A DNA stretch of 64,000 nt, taken from positions 2,400,001 to 2,464,000 of the forward strand of contig CBDCJH010000002.1 of NCBI GenBank assembly GCA_965217775.1, in the 5' to 3' direction. Source of the stretch: Acidobacteriota bacterium (GTDB taxonomy: Bacteria > Acidobacteriota > UBA6911 > RPQK01 > JAJDTT01). Below, in pieces: positions 9,769 to 18,175 of this stretch. The stretch's first letter is position 1. Every line of letters begins with the position of its first letter. The notes beneath the pieces are model-generated. The model did not search any database. It saw only the letters and a program-made list of their open reading frames with translations, and was not told the origin of the DNA. The translations under genes and the position numbers were made by a program.

Positions 9769-11544
9769 ATGGACCAGAGCAGCAACTCGACTCGAACCCT
9801 CATCGTCCGGCTGTTCCATCTGGCCGTGGAGAGCCGGAGACTGCTGGTCTTTTCGCTCCTGTGCGGACTCCTCTTCTCGCTGGTCGGACTCTTCCCGCCC
9901 CTGGTCCTGAGACGGCTGATCCAGTTGCTTCAGGAAGGGAGCCTGGCCGGGTCCACGCTGATCCGGATGGCCCTCACCCTGGCCGGACTCTTTCTCCTGC
10001 GCGGGGTCTTCCGTTACGGCTACGGAGTCTTCTCCCACGTGGCCGCCTACCGCACGCTGCACAATCTCCTGGGCCGCACCTATGCCCGGGTTCAGGCCCT
10101 TCCCCCCGGAGCCTACACCCACCGCCGCAGCGGCGCCCTCATGTCCCGGACCGTCAACGACGTGGAGGTCATCGAGGACTTCCTGGCCCACGGGGTGCCG
10201 GAGATCTTCCTGGCGGCGGTGATGCCGGTAGCCATGCTCCTGATCCTCTTCAACATCCACTTCGAGCTGGCCCTCATCGTCACCCTGCCGTTGCCGTTGA
10301 TCGCCTGGCTGGTCTACCGCCTCTCGGGTCGGACCAGTCGAGCCTGGAGAAAGACCCGGGGGCGCCGGGCCGACCTGGTGGCCGAGATTCTGGACCGGAT
10401 CGGCGGGCACTCGGTGATCAAGTCCTTCGTCCGGGAAGAATCCGAGCTGCAGCGGGTCCGGCAGGCCAGCGCCCGCTATCGCGACAGCATCGAGAGAGCC
10501 AACCGCTGGTCGCTGATCCCGGCGGGAGTGGTCGAATTCGCGGGCGGCCTGGCCTACCTCCTGGTCGTCGCCGCGGGAGGACATCTGGCCCTGGGCGGAG
10601 AGGTGGCCCTGGCCGACCTGGTGGTCTTCATCCTCTACCTGGGACAGATCTTCCAGCCCCTGTTGCGGCTGGCCAACCTGAACGACGTCATCCAGAAAGC
10701 GGCGGCCTCGGCCCGTCGAGTATTCGAGCTCCTGGAGCTGCCGGTGGAGTCGCAGGTGGCCGGCCTGGTCGCCATTCCCAGCAACCTCCGATGGTCGGTG
10801 GAATTGGACCGGGTGACCTTCGGCTACGCGCCCGAGATTCCCGTCCTTCGGGACGTGAGTTTCCGGGCCGACGCCGGCGAGGTTCTGGCCCTGGTCGGTC
10901 CCACCGGCGCCGGCAAGACCACCTCCTGCAACCTGGTTCCCAGGTTCTACGAACCCCAGTTCGGAGCGGTCAGAATCGGCGGGATCGACGCGCGGAAGCT
11001 CGCACTGGGTCCATTGCGCCGGAGCGTGGCCCACGTCATGCAGGACGTGTATCTCTTCCACGCCACGATCCGGGAGAACATCCTGGTGGGCAACCCCGAG
11101 GCCAGCGAAGCGCAGATCCGTGAGGCCGCCCAGGCCGCCAACGCCGAGGAATTCATCCTCTCCCTGCCCCAGGGCTACGACACCATGGTGGGCGAAAGAG
11201 GGGCGCGCCTGTCGGGAGGCGAGAAACAGCGGATCTCCATCGCCCGCGCCCTCCTCAAGGACGCGCCCATCCTGATCCTGGACGAAGCCACCTCCAGCGT
11301 GGACACCGAGTCGGAGGTGGAGATCCGGGAAGCCATCACGCGCCTGACCCGGGACCGGACGGTCCTGGTCATCGCGCACCGTCTCTTCACCGTCCGCAAC
11401 GCCGACCGGATCGTGGTGCTCCAGGAGGGACGGGTCGTGGAAACGGGAATCCACTCGCGGCTGATCCGCACCGGAGGCCTCTACGATCGTCTCTGGACGG
11501 CCCAGGACACGTCACGTCACTGGCAGGTGAGAACGACGGCGTAG
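9769..11544 (+). CDS. ABC exporter, fused permease/ATPase
   Basis: Multi-TM N-terminal domain; GPTGAGKTT, LSGGEKQRI, ILDEATSSVD. Confidence 0.95.
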   Translation: MDQSSNSTRTLIVRLFHLAVESRRLLVFSLLCGLLFSLVGLFPPLVLRRLIQLLQEGSLAGSTLIRMALTLAGLFLLRGVFRYGYGVFSHVAAYRTLHNLLGRTYARVQALPPGAYTHRRSGALMSRTVNDVEVIEDFLAHGVPEIFLAAVMPVAMLLILFNIHFELALIVTLPLPLIAWLVYRLSGRTSRAWRKTRGRRADLVAEILDRIGGHSVIKSFVREESELQRVRQASARYRDSIERANRWSLIPAGVVEFAGGLAYLLVVAAGGHLALGGEVALADLVVFILYLGQIFQPLLRLANLNDVIQKAAASARRVFELLELPVESQVAGLVAIPSNLRWSVELDRVTFGYAPEIPVLRDVSFRADAGEVLALVGPTGAGKTTSCNLVPRFYEPQFGAVRIGGIDARKLALGPLRRSVAHVMQDVYLFHATIRENILVGNPEASEAQIREAAQAANAEEFILSLPQGYDTMVGERGARLSGGEKQRISIARALLKDAPILILDEATSSVDTESEVEIREAITRLTRDRTVLVIAHRLFTVRNADRIVVLQEGRVVETGIHSRLIRTGGLYDRLWTAQDTSRHWQVRTTA

Positions 11545-11655
11545 GGGGCAGCCGGCAACGCTCTCACCCCATTCGCCAGTCATACACCACCAGCGGTACT
11601 CAGACTATCGGCTTCGGTGGCATCGCACGACGAAGGGGCAGGTGCTGACCGGAAG

Positions 11656-11838
11656 TCACGACTTCGTTTGGCGCGTGTAGCCTTCGAAGAGACCTTCCAG
11701 CCTGGCCATGCGATCCGTGAACGCAACTTCGAGCCGGGTGACGCGGTCTCCGACTCGGTCGATCCGCTTCATCATGAACAGGCCCAAAGTCACACTTATT
11801 CCTGCCAATCCAAGGATTCCAATCAGTTCTGGGCTCAT
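11656..11838 (-). CDS. Small membrane-anchored coiled-coil hypothetical protein (60 aa)
   Basis: MSPELIGILGLAGISVTLGLFMMKRIDRVGDRVTRLE...MARLEGLFEG; GGAGG RBS upstream. Confidence 0.6.
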   Translation of the reverse strand: MSPELIGILGLAGISVTLGLFMMKRIDRVGDRVTRLEVAFTDRMARLEGLFEGYTRQTKS

Positions 11839-11933
11839 AGGAGTAACCTCCATCGCAGAACAATGGCGGGACCTTGAGTATAACAAGGTCGTTTCGAGGA
11901 GCTGGATGTCTATTCCCAGTGACCGTAGCTCAA

Positions 11934-12044
11934 CAGTCCGTGGTGAAAGTCTCGCGAGCACCGAGACCGTTCCTGCGCCCGCCGGACAAGGCGCGATGAG
12001 GGAGCATACCGGGAGTATGTGACCGAGTCGCAACGCAGTCCGCC
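11934..12044. mobile_element. First part of a split MITE-like element
   Basis: Near-identical to the reverse complement of 40330-40440; begins with terminal repeat CAGTCCGTGGTGAAAGTC; preceded by TCAA (11930-11933). Confidence 0.9.
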
Positions 12045-12482
12045 TGACTGATTCTATAAATTCTGTAAACCATTCAACATAAACGAGTTACGAATTCTAC
12101 GGCGACGCTCTTCCCCCCATTCTTTCCACCTGAACGAAACGGATGCCCTTGGCCTTTCGTGGCCGTGAATGGACCGTGTCAGCCCCGGATCGCCATGCGC
12201 CCACGCCCCCGAGGCCTGACATTTTTGACGGCCACTTTCCTGCACTTTTGCATGGTCGGCAACAAGACCCCGATGTCGCACGATAATTCCCAGCGAACGT
12301 CCTAAATTTTTGGGGTTTATAGGGATGACGAGAGATCCCTGAAAACCTCTCCCGGTGGAACCCGACAGACACTCCTGCAACACCTCTAGAAGTTTCGTCG
12401 CTGACTTCCGAGTGAACAAGTGATCTATCACATGCGGAGTACTCGAGGGACCTATAGACTTGAATACCCCCTGAATGGACAG

Positions 12483-13451
12483 CTATTCCTGATACTCATA
12501 CTGGGGGTTTTCAACGCGTTCGAATTCGTTCGTCCTGAGATTGTAGCGTCGGCAGAAAGCCGTTGTGCGGATTGCCCCCTGCCGGTCCCGGTACTGGATC
12601 GCCCCAAGGAGGTACGCGGCAGATACACCCTGCGAAAGGAGGGCGAGATCGCGGCCATCGGTCGGTTCGGGTGTAAAGGCAATCCTGATGGTTCGACCGA
12701 CCCGAATTTCGTTAACCCGCGTCTTTTTCCACGGAGGGTCCATCACGGCCAGCTCCACATGGCGGGTGATCCTACAACACATGTAGGCGCAGAGTGGTTT
12801 GCCAGGAAGACCGCCGCTGTTGGCCACTTCAAAATAGCCTCCGCAGTTCCCCTGGAGCATGTTCTTGAGTTCGCTTGGAGCCAATATCTGGTCTTCTCGT
12901 GGGACCCATTTATGGGTAGTAATCTCGTCTCGACCGAGAACGATGTTCCTCAGTTCGAAGACGGGCCGGTGATCAGCCCTGAACCGCTCCGACTGAATCG
13001 AGAACAGTTGCGACTGAATCGCAAACAGTCGCTCGGAGACCTCGTGCTGGCGTTCCGAAAGGGTGTTGCGTTGCTTGGCGGCCTGCGCTTGCTCCCAAGT
13101 GAAATAGACCAGGGCCAGGGTTACGAGCACCAAGGCCACGGAGGGGAGGCTGCCGACGAGTTCCGTAAACCACTCATAACCCTTTGGATTAGAGGTCTGA
13201 TCTGGCTGGTCGCGATGATCCACTGCTACGCCAACGATAGAATTGTCAATTGGTTGCGCCGCAGATACGGTATCAGTCGAACCACGGCTCGAAGGCTCAA
13301 TAAGCTCGCGTACCCTCCCGTCCCGATTAGGGGCATTCTGTTTTTGCTTACTCTCTGGCCCGCCACTTGGACTTGGTGGATTTGAGGGCTCCTGGAATCC
13401 CAGGGAAAGCAGCACCAGGAAACACAGGGATGAGGCTGGATTGTGATTCAT
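12483..13451 (-). CDS. Hypothetical membrane protein (island cargo)
   Basis: GAGG RBS, hydrophobic N-terminus, second TM (VALVLVTLALVYF), coiled coil, globular C-terminus GAIQYRDRQG..TAFCRRY. Confidence 0.6.
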   Translation of the reverse strand: MNHNPASSLCFLVLLSLGFQEPSNPPSPSGGPESKQKQNAPNRDGRVRELIEPSSRGSTDTVSAAQPIDNSIVGVAVDHRDQPDQTSNPKGYEWFTELVGSLPSVALVLVTLALVYFTWEQAQAAKQRNTLSERQHEVSERLFAIQSQLFSIQSERFRADHRPVFELRNIVLGRDEITTHKWVPREDQILAPSELKNMLQGNCGGYFEVANSGGLPGKPLCAYMCCRITRHVELAVMDPPWKKTRVNEIRVGRTIRIAFTPEPTDGRDLALLSQGVSAAYLLGAIQYRDRQGAIRTTAFCRRYNLRTNEFERVENPQYEYQE

Positions 13452-13457
13452 TTCCTC

Positions 13458-13822
13458 TCACATTCCACCAGCCTTTTTAGGATGGTGGAAGTCGAGCACG
13501 TGGTCAAGCGTCAGGTGATCCTGGTCGCCAACCTTGAACCACTTTAGCAATTCGCACCTACCCGTGTTCTTCCTATGCGCCCGACCGCGGTTCTTCAAGA
13601 GGTCATTTCGGATCCTGTGCAGGTCTCCCCACAGCGATGCCTCCACACCGTGCGGCAAGGGGCTCTTTTCCCGGAGAACTCCTGTTTCTTCCGGTACTTC
13701 TCCCACGCACCGTCCACTCTGGCGATCCATCCGACGTAGGCCAACTGCACCATCCGGCCGTTGCACCCCAGTTCCGACGACCACGTAACGGGTGGATTCG
13801 GCATGGTGGAGCGTAGCTCCAT
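13458..13822 (-). pseudogene. Frameshifted hypothetical gene remnant
   Basis: Two overlapping frames (..QLAYVGWIARVDGAWEKYR.. and ..LWGDLHRIRNDLLKNRG..LLKWFKVGD..) read as one broken protein. Confidence 0.4.
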
Positions 13823-14008
13823 GGATAGCGGGGATGTAGCTGGCCGCCTCGCGGTTGCGCCACTGCCACCGGAGCGGCGATGACGCGCCGGGCCTTGAGG
13901 CCGTGGCTGTGCCCGTTGACGTCCGCAAGCCGGACCAACGGGCCGTCTGCCACGAAGTGCACCGCCGCCTCGATGCGTCGCTCAACCGACATCCCGTAGG
14001 GATATCTG

Positions 14009-14257
14009 GGACGGGAGCGACCCCCCACGGCGATGCGGCGCGTGTGAAAACAGCGCCTACCAAGATGCCGATCCGGGAGGCAAAAAGGAGGGGCGCTCCC
14101 ATCCACCTCCGCTTTCCCCCAACCGGCACCGCGGAGCCGAGAATATGTCTGTAACTGCATGAATGGAAAACAGATCGGGGAAAGCGTCTTTGTGAATCGA
14201 CGGGACCGCTTTTTGTGAATCCACCTGGCTGGTCCCATTCTCACTCCCGGATCGGCA
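14009..14257. repeat. Structured non-coding unit, copy 1
   Basis: Diverged direct repeat of 16363-16609. Inverted pairs at 14009-14026/14087-14104, 14066-14079/14244-14257 (perfect 14 bp) and 14110-14119/14177-14186. Confidence 0.85.
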
Positions 14258-14471
14258 CGAGACTCCTGTTTCGCACCCCCGAACGGCGGCCCCGAAAACC
14301 CAGGCTCCGGCTACGCGTAGCCCCGGTCGATCACGGCCTGGAAGGAGTGATCTTCTGCGGCCGGGTCCAACTCCTCGTCCAGACTGACTCGAAGCAGCGT
14401 CATCGTTCGGGCGCGTCACAGCGCCTCTTGCCTCCTAGAGAAACACCTAGGACGAGACCCGGCGTCTACAT

Positions 14472-14690
14472 TTGCGTGCCAAGCTGGACGCCGTGTTCTT
14501 CCATCTCTACGGCGTTACAGACCGTCAGGATGTCCGCTACGTCTATTCGACGTTTCCCATCGTGAAACACCAGGAAACAGGAGCTTATGGGTACTACAGT
14601 TCCCGCGATCTCTGTCTCGCCTGGATGAACGTGCTGGCGGCAGGCAAGCCCGGTGCGGAGATCAATTTGGGGTGGCAAGCAGAAATGTAA
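14472..14690 (+). pseudogene. C-terminal remnant of a type IIG (Eco57I-like) restriction-modification enzyme
   Basis: LRAKLDAVFFHLYGVTDRQDVRYVYSTFPIV resembles the C-terminal tail of such enzymes; the N-terminal bulk is absent. Confidence 0.6.
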
Positions 14691-14828
14691 CTATACGGTA
14701 GCTCCTACCAGGGATCATGAGTACACCGAGTCACGTCCAGCACCGAGATGACTTGCTTCCCACCGCAGTAGCGCCGAACCGTTCCGCGAAAACGTAGGGT
14801 AGTGCTTGAGGTCGATGAGGCTGGCCAC

Positions 14829-15977
14829 TCATTCTTCCAGCTCGTGGAACGCCTCCTTTACCACCGCCCTCCATGTTGTTTCGCGATGTTCTGTGGTGCA
14901 AGTGATCTTGAGTTGTGCGGGTTGCGGTGGGTGGACGTTGTCGGCCGTAATCTTCCCGTCGAGAACGATGTCCCCTGATGCGTGCGATCCAAGGTAGAGC
15001 AAACTGTCGATCCATTTCGTTTCATTGGGTTGGATCTTTTCGGTCCGGATCTTGACAAGGCAGCAATCCGGGAGTTTCTGGACGGTTATGTCGTCGTCAC
15101 CTTTCATGCGGAAACTCGAAAGGCTGAAAACGGGGAAAAGGTCTCTACGGGGTTCCGGTTTCTTTGGCCAGGAGTGCTCGTCGAAGAGGACAGCATAGGG
15201 TGATTGAACGGTGAGTTCTACGCGCACGTCCATGGCGACGACGGATCCAGAGTTGATGATAGCGAATTGCAGTGTGGTACAGAGATGTTTTGCCCAAACG
15301 TAGGCGGCTAGCTCCCGCAGGAAGTCGGTGTTTATGCGGCGGAACTGCAGCGTGGGGATAGGGGGACTGGGCTCCTTGTAATCGGGGATTGCTTCAGAGT
15401 CCCTTATGTCAAGACAGGTGCCGTGAATTGCTTGTGTGTCCCCGGTGAGGCGACGCTGCGTCGTGTCAGCGAACAGTAGCTCGAGATGCGGCGACGCTTG
15501 TGGGATGGGCGCGGCTCCCATGCGTGCGATCTCATCTGGTAGCGCAACCGCCGTGGAGCTGCCACGGCGCAGGTAGACGGTATTTTCAGAAAGCTTGCCG
15601 AACGACTTTATGATGAACCGGGGGCGGTCTTGGACCGGAATGTGGAGGACGCCGACATTTATTCCCTCTAGTCGTGTCGCCCTATAGGAGAAGGTGACTG
15701 GCTGGTTCGTCTTGCTGTTGACGAGTTGCTGGAGTTTGGCGTCCTCGAGGTGGCCGGTAATCCCGACTACCGTCGCGCGGCCGTTGGGGTTCTCTTTGAC
15801 GCCAATGAGGATGTAGGCATCTGCGTGACGCCAAGCGTTGGTGAACGCCAGGATATCCTTGATCAGTTCTCCCTTTTGCTCATTGGTGGCAAGGTCATAC
15901 TGCTGACTCTTGAAGTCCAATGTCGAGCCTTCATCCTCATAGAGCAGGCTTGTGAAGAAGCGGTCATCGTCACTCAT
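14829..15977 (-). CDS. Schlafen/AlbA_2-domain protein
   Basis: EGSTLDFK...IKDILAFTNA...YILIGVKE...VYLRRGSST; unassigned C-terminal domain. Confidence 0.85.
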   Translation of the reverse strand: MSDDDRFFTSLLYEDEGSTLDFKSQQYDLATNEQKGELIKDILAFTNAWRHADAYILIGVKENPNGRATVVGITGHLEDAKLQQLVNSKTNQPVTFSYRATRLEGINVGVLHIPVQDRPRFIIKSFGKLSENTVYLRRGSSTAVALPDEIARMGAAPIPQASPHLELLFADTTQRRLTGDTQAIHGTCLDIRDSEAIPDYKEPSPPIPTLQFRRINTDFLRELAAYVWAKHLCTTLQFAIINSGSVVAMDVRVELTVQSPYAVLFDEHSWPKKPEPRRDLFPVFSLSSFRMKGDDDITVQKLPDCCLVKIRTEKIQPNETKWIDSLLYLGSHASGDIVLDGKITADNVHPPQPAQLKITCTTEHRETTWRAVVKEAFHELEE

Positions 15978-16362
15978 AGGTTTCTCCAGAGTACGGCTCT
16001 TGACGCATTCTGTTGAGCTTGTGACGGGCGGGGGCAGCGGCCAAGTTGAAATACAACATAAGAGCCGCCGTGCTTCCCGTCAGCCGCCGCCAGCTCCCAT
16101 GCTGGTCCGTTTCGCCAGTTCAATCCAAGGATCTGGTGACGCCAGCGCCGTCTGTAGGATGTCTCAGAAAAGGAGCGTTTTACGAAAGGCTTTCCAGAGG
16201 CCCGGTCACGGGACGAAACCTCGGTCAAAACCGTCCTGTTTTGTTGTCTCACTACTCTGTGTATCATACTGCCGTCCTTGGCCGTTTCTCCGCCGCCCGG
16301 CTTCACTGTCCCCAGCGCCGTCTTCTTGGGCACCTTGATGGCCTTCCCGCCAGGGATTGATG

Positions 16363-16609
16363 GGACGGGAGCGACCCTCCCGGGCGATGTGGCGTGTGAA
16401 AACAACGCCGCCCGCCGATGCCGATCCGGGAGGCAAAAAGGGGGGGTCGCTCCCGTCCACCTCCGATTTCCCCGATAGGCACGGCGGACCCGAAAATATG
16501 GCCGTAACTGCATGAGCGAAAAAGAGATCGGGGAAATCGCGCGTGTAAGTCGACAGGTCCCTGCGGTGTAAGTTGCCCTTATTGTCTCACTTACGCTCCC
16601 CGATCGGCA
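16363..16609. repeat. Structured non-coding unit, copy 2 (just downstream of the integrase)
   Basis: Inverted pairs at 16363-16377/16444-16458 (perfect 15 bp), 16419-16432/16596-16609 and 16464-16476/16527-16539 (perfect 13 bp); GAAA-capped hairpin at 16391-16409. Confidence 0.85.
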
Positions 16610-16701
16610 CGGAACCCCACTTTTCATCGGTCAAAATCGATCTTCCGGAAGCTGGCTTGAACGCCATATCACGAAGCCTGTCGGGAGGACGACCCGGCGG
16701 A

Positions 16702-17922
16702 TCAACGGAGCCGACCGGACGCCGGTTGCCGACTCTCGCCAGCCAGATAGCTAGCCCATTCGTCCATGAGCCGGCGCCGCCGCTCGAACAGGTCCGTGCG
16801 CCGGTATGCGGCCTCGATCGGGTTGCGGACCTTGTGCGCCAAAGCCGCCTCCTCCACCTCGCGCGGATGATCCGTCTCCTCGGCCGCCCAGTCCCGGAAA
16901 CTCGACCGGAAGCCGTGCGGCACGGCTGCGATCTTCAACGTCCGGAGCAGACCCGCCATCGCCGTGCTCCCGAGTGGCTTTCCGTGCATGCTCGGAAAAA
17001 CGAGGGGGCCGCCACCGAGTGCCCGCGCCTGATCGAGGATCTCCAACGCACGGCGACTGAGCGGCACCCGGTGCTCCCGATTCCCCTTCGTGCGTCCGGC
17101 GGGGATGGTCCACACTCCCTCGTCCCGGCCGATCTCCGTCCACGCGGCCCCACGGACCTCGCTGGAGCGTGTCGCCGTCAGCACCAGGAACTCGAACGCC
17201 AGCTTCACCACCGGTCGCGCGTTCGACGTTCTCACCGTCCGGAGCGCGGACGCCACTTCGCCATGAGGCAACGCCCGCATGTGACGCACAACCTTCCCCT
17301 GCGCGCCGAGCACCGGACCGATCCGGTCGCACGGGTTGTCGGGCCGAAGATCCATCGCCACGGCCCATTCCAACACCGCGCGGATGCGCTGGCGCAGCTT
17401 CCGGGCCGTGGATGCCTTCTCGTGCCAGATCGGAGCGAGGATTCCGATCACGTCGGCGCTCGTCACCTCCGCAATCGGCATCTTCCCGATGTAAGGGAAG
17501 GCGTGGTGCTCCAGGCTCGCCAGCCAGAGCTGTGCATGCCGGGCGGAGCGCCAGCCCGGCCGCAACTGCTTCCAGACCGTCCGGGTGGCGTCCGCGAAGG
17601 TGGGCATCGACTCGGACCTCCGCTTCTCGGCCCGGGGGTCGCCTCCGTCGCGGGCCAGCTTCCGGTTGGCGAACGCCTTCTCACGCGCTTCTTTGAGCGA
17701 GACCAGGGGGAATCCGCCGAGCCCGAGCTCGGTTCGGCGGCCACGGATGGTGAGGCGCTGGATCCAGCCCCGGCTCCCTGTTAGCCTGACGTCGAGATAG
17801 AGGCCCTGGCCGTCGCAGTAGCGTCCGGCCTGGCTCACGTTGCGGACAAAGGCCGGTGTCAGGACATTGTGGGGATGCTGGCCACGGGGCTTGCGTTGTG
17901 GAGGTCGTTTCGAGAGTGTCAT
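16702..17922 (-). CDS. P4-type tyrosine integrase with arm-binding domain
   Basis: Arm domain GRYCDGQGLYL...LGLGGFPLVSLKEAR; catalytic TRSSE(R), TK, HGFR, ALAH, AAY all present. Confidence 0.95.
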   Translation of the reverse strand: MTLSKRPPQRKPRGQHPHNVLTPAFVRNVSQAGRYCDGQGLYLDVRLTGSRGWIQRLTIRGRRTELGLGGFPLVSLKEAREKAFANRKLARDGGDPRAEKRRSESMPTFADATRTVWKQLRPGWRSARHAQLWLASLEHHAFPYIGKMPIAEVTSADVIGILAPIWHEKASTARKLRQRIRAVLEWAVAMDLRPDNPCDRIGPVLGAQGKVVRHMRALPHGEVASALRTVRTSNARPVVKLAFEFLVLTATRSSEVRGAAWTEIGRDEGVWTIPAGRTKGNREHRVPLSRRALEILDQARALGGGPLVFPSMHGKPLGSTAMAGLLRTLKIAAVPHGFRSSFRDWAAEETDHPREVEEAALAHKVRNPIEAAYRRTDLFERRRRLMDEWASYLAGESRQPASGRLR

Positions 17923-18086
17923 ACCTACCACTATACCCCCCAACCAAATGCGGGATGCAAGGGGATGAAGCGGAACGGTATCGGACAACGACGGACGTCA
18001 GATCTCCTGATAAATCAATGAAAATGAGGTACTTATGTACATTGCTGGACATATCTGGACGATATGTCTGTCTCTCACAACGCATC

Positions 18087-18138
18087 CCGCCGGGATGCAG
18101 GGACGGTCGAATGCCGTGACGACTTTTGCCACGGGCTG
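18087..18138. mobile_element. Second part of the split MITE-like element
   Basis: Matches the reverse complement of 40283-40334; ends GACTTTTGCCACGGGCTG and is followed by TCAA (18139-18142). Confidence 0.9.
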
Positions 18139-18175
18139 TCAAGCCCAGACACCTCGCACCCCGTGGCCGTCAATC

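Larger units (their letters stand above)
12031..18091. mobile_element. ~6-kb integrative island with P4-type tyrosine integrase
   Basis: Bounded by imperfect direct repeats CAACGCAGTCCGCC (12031-12044) and CAACGCATCCCGCC (18078-18091). Integrase lies at the right end, and removing the island restores an intact MITE. Confidence 0.85.

Noticed and set aside
12000-12060. tRNA gene as integrase target
   Set aside because: No cloverleaf, T-loop GTTCRA or CCA end at either junction; the sequence is MITE-derived.
12420-13385. 321-aa + strand ORF overlapping 12483-13451 (-) almost completely
   Set aside because: No recognisable motif. The - strand ORF has an RBS and a plausible TM/coiled-coil layout, so dual coding is unsupported.
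16300-16350. GKAIKVPKKT resembling an HU C-terminus
   Set aside because: Too short, with no start or remainder of HU; not supportable.
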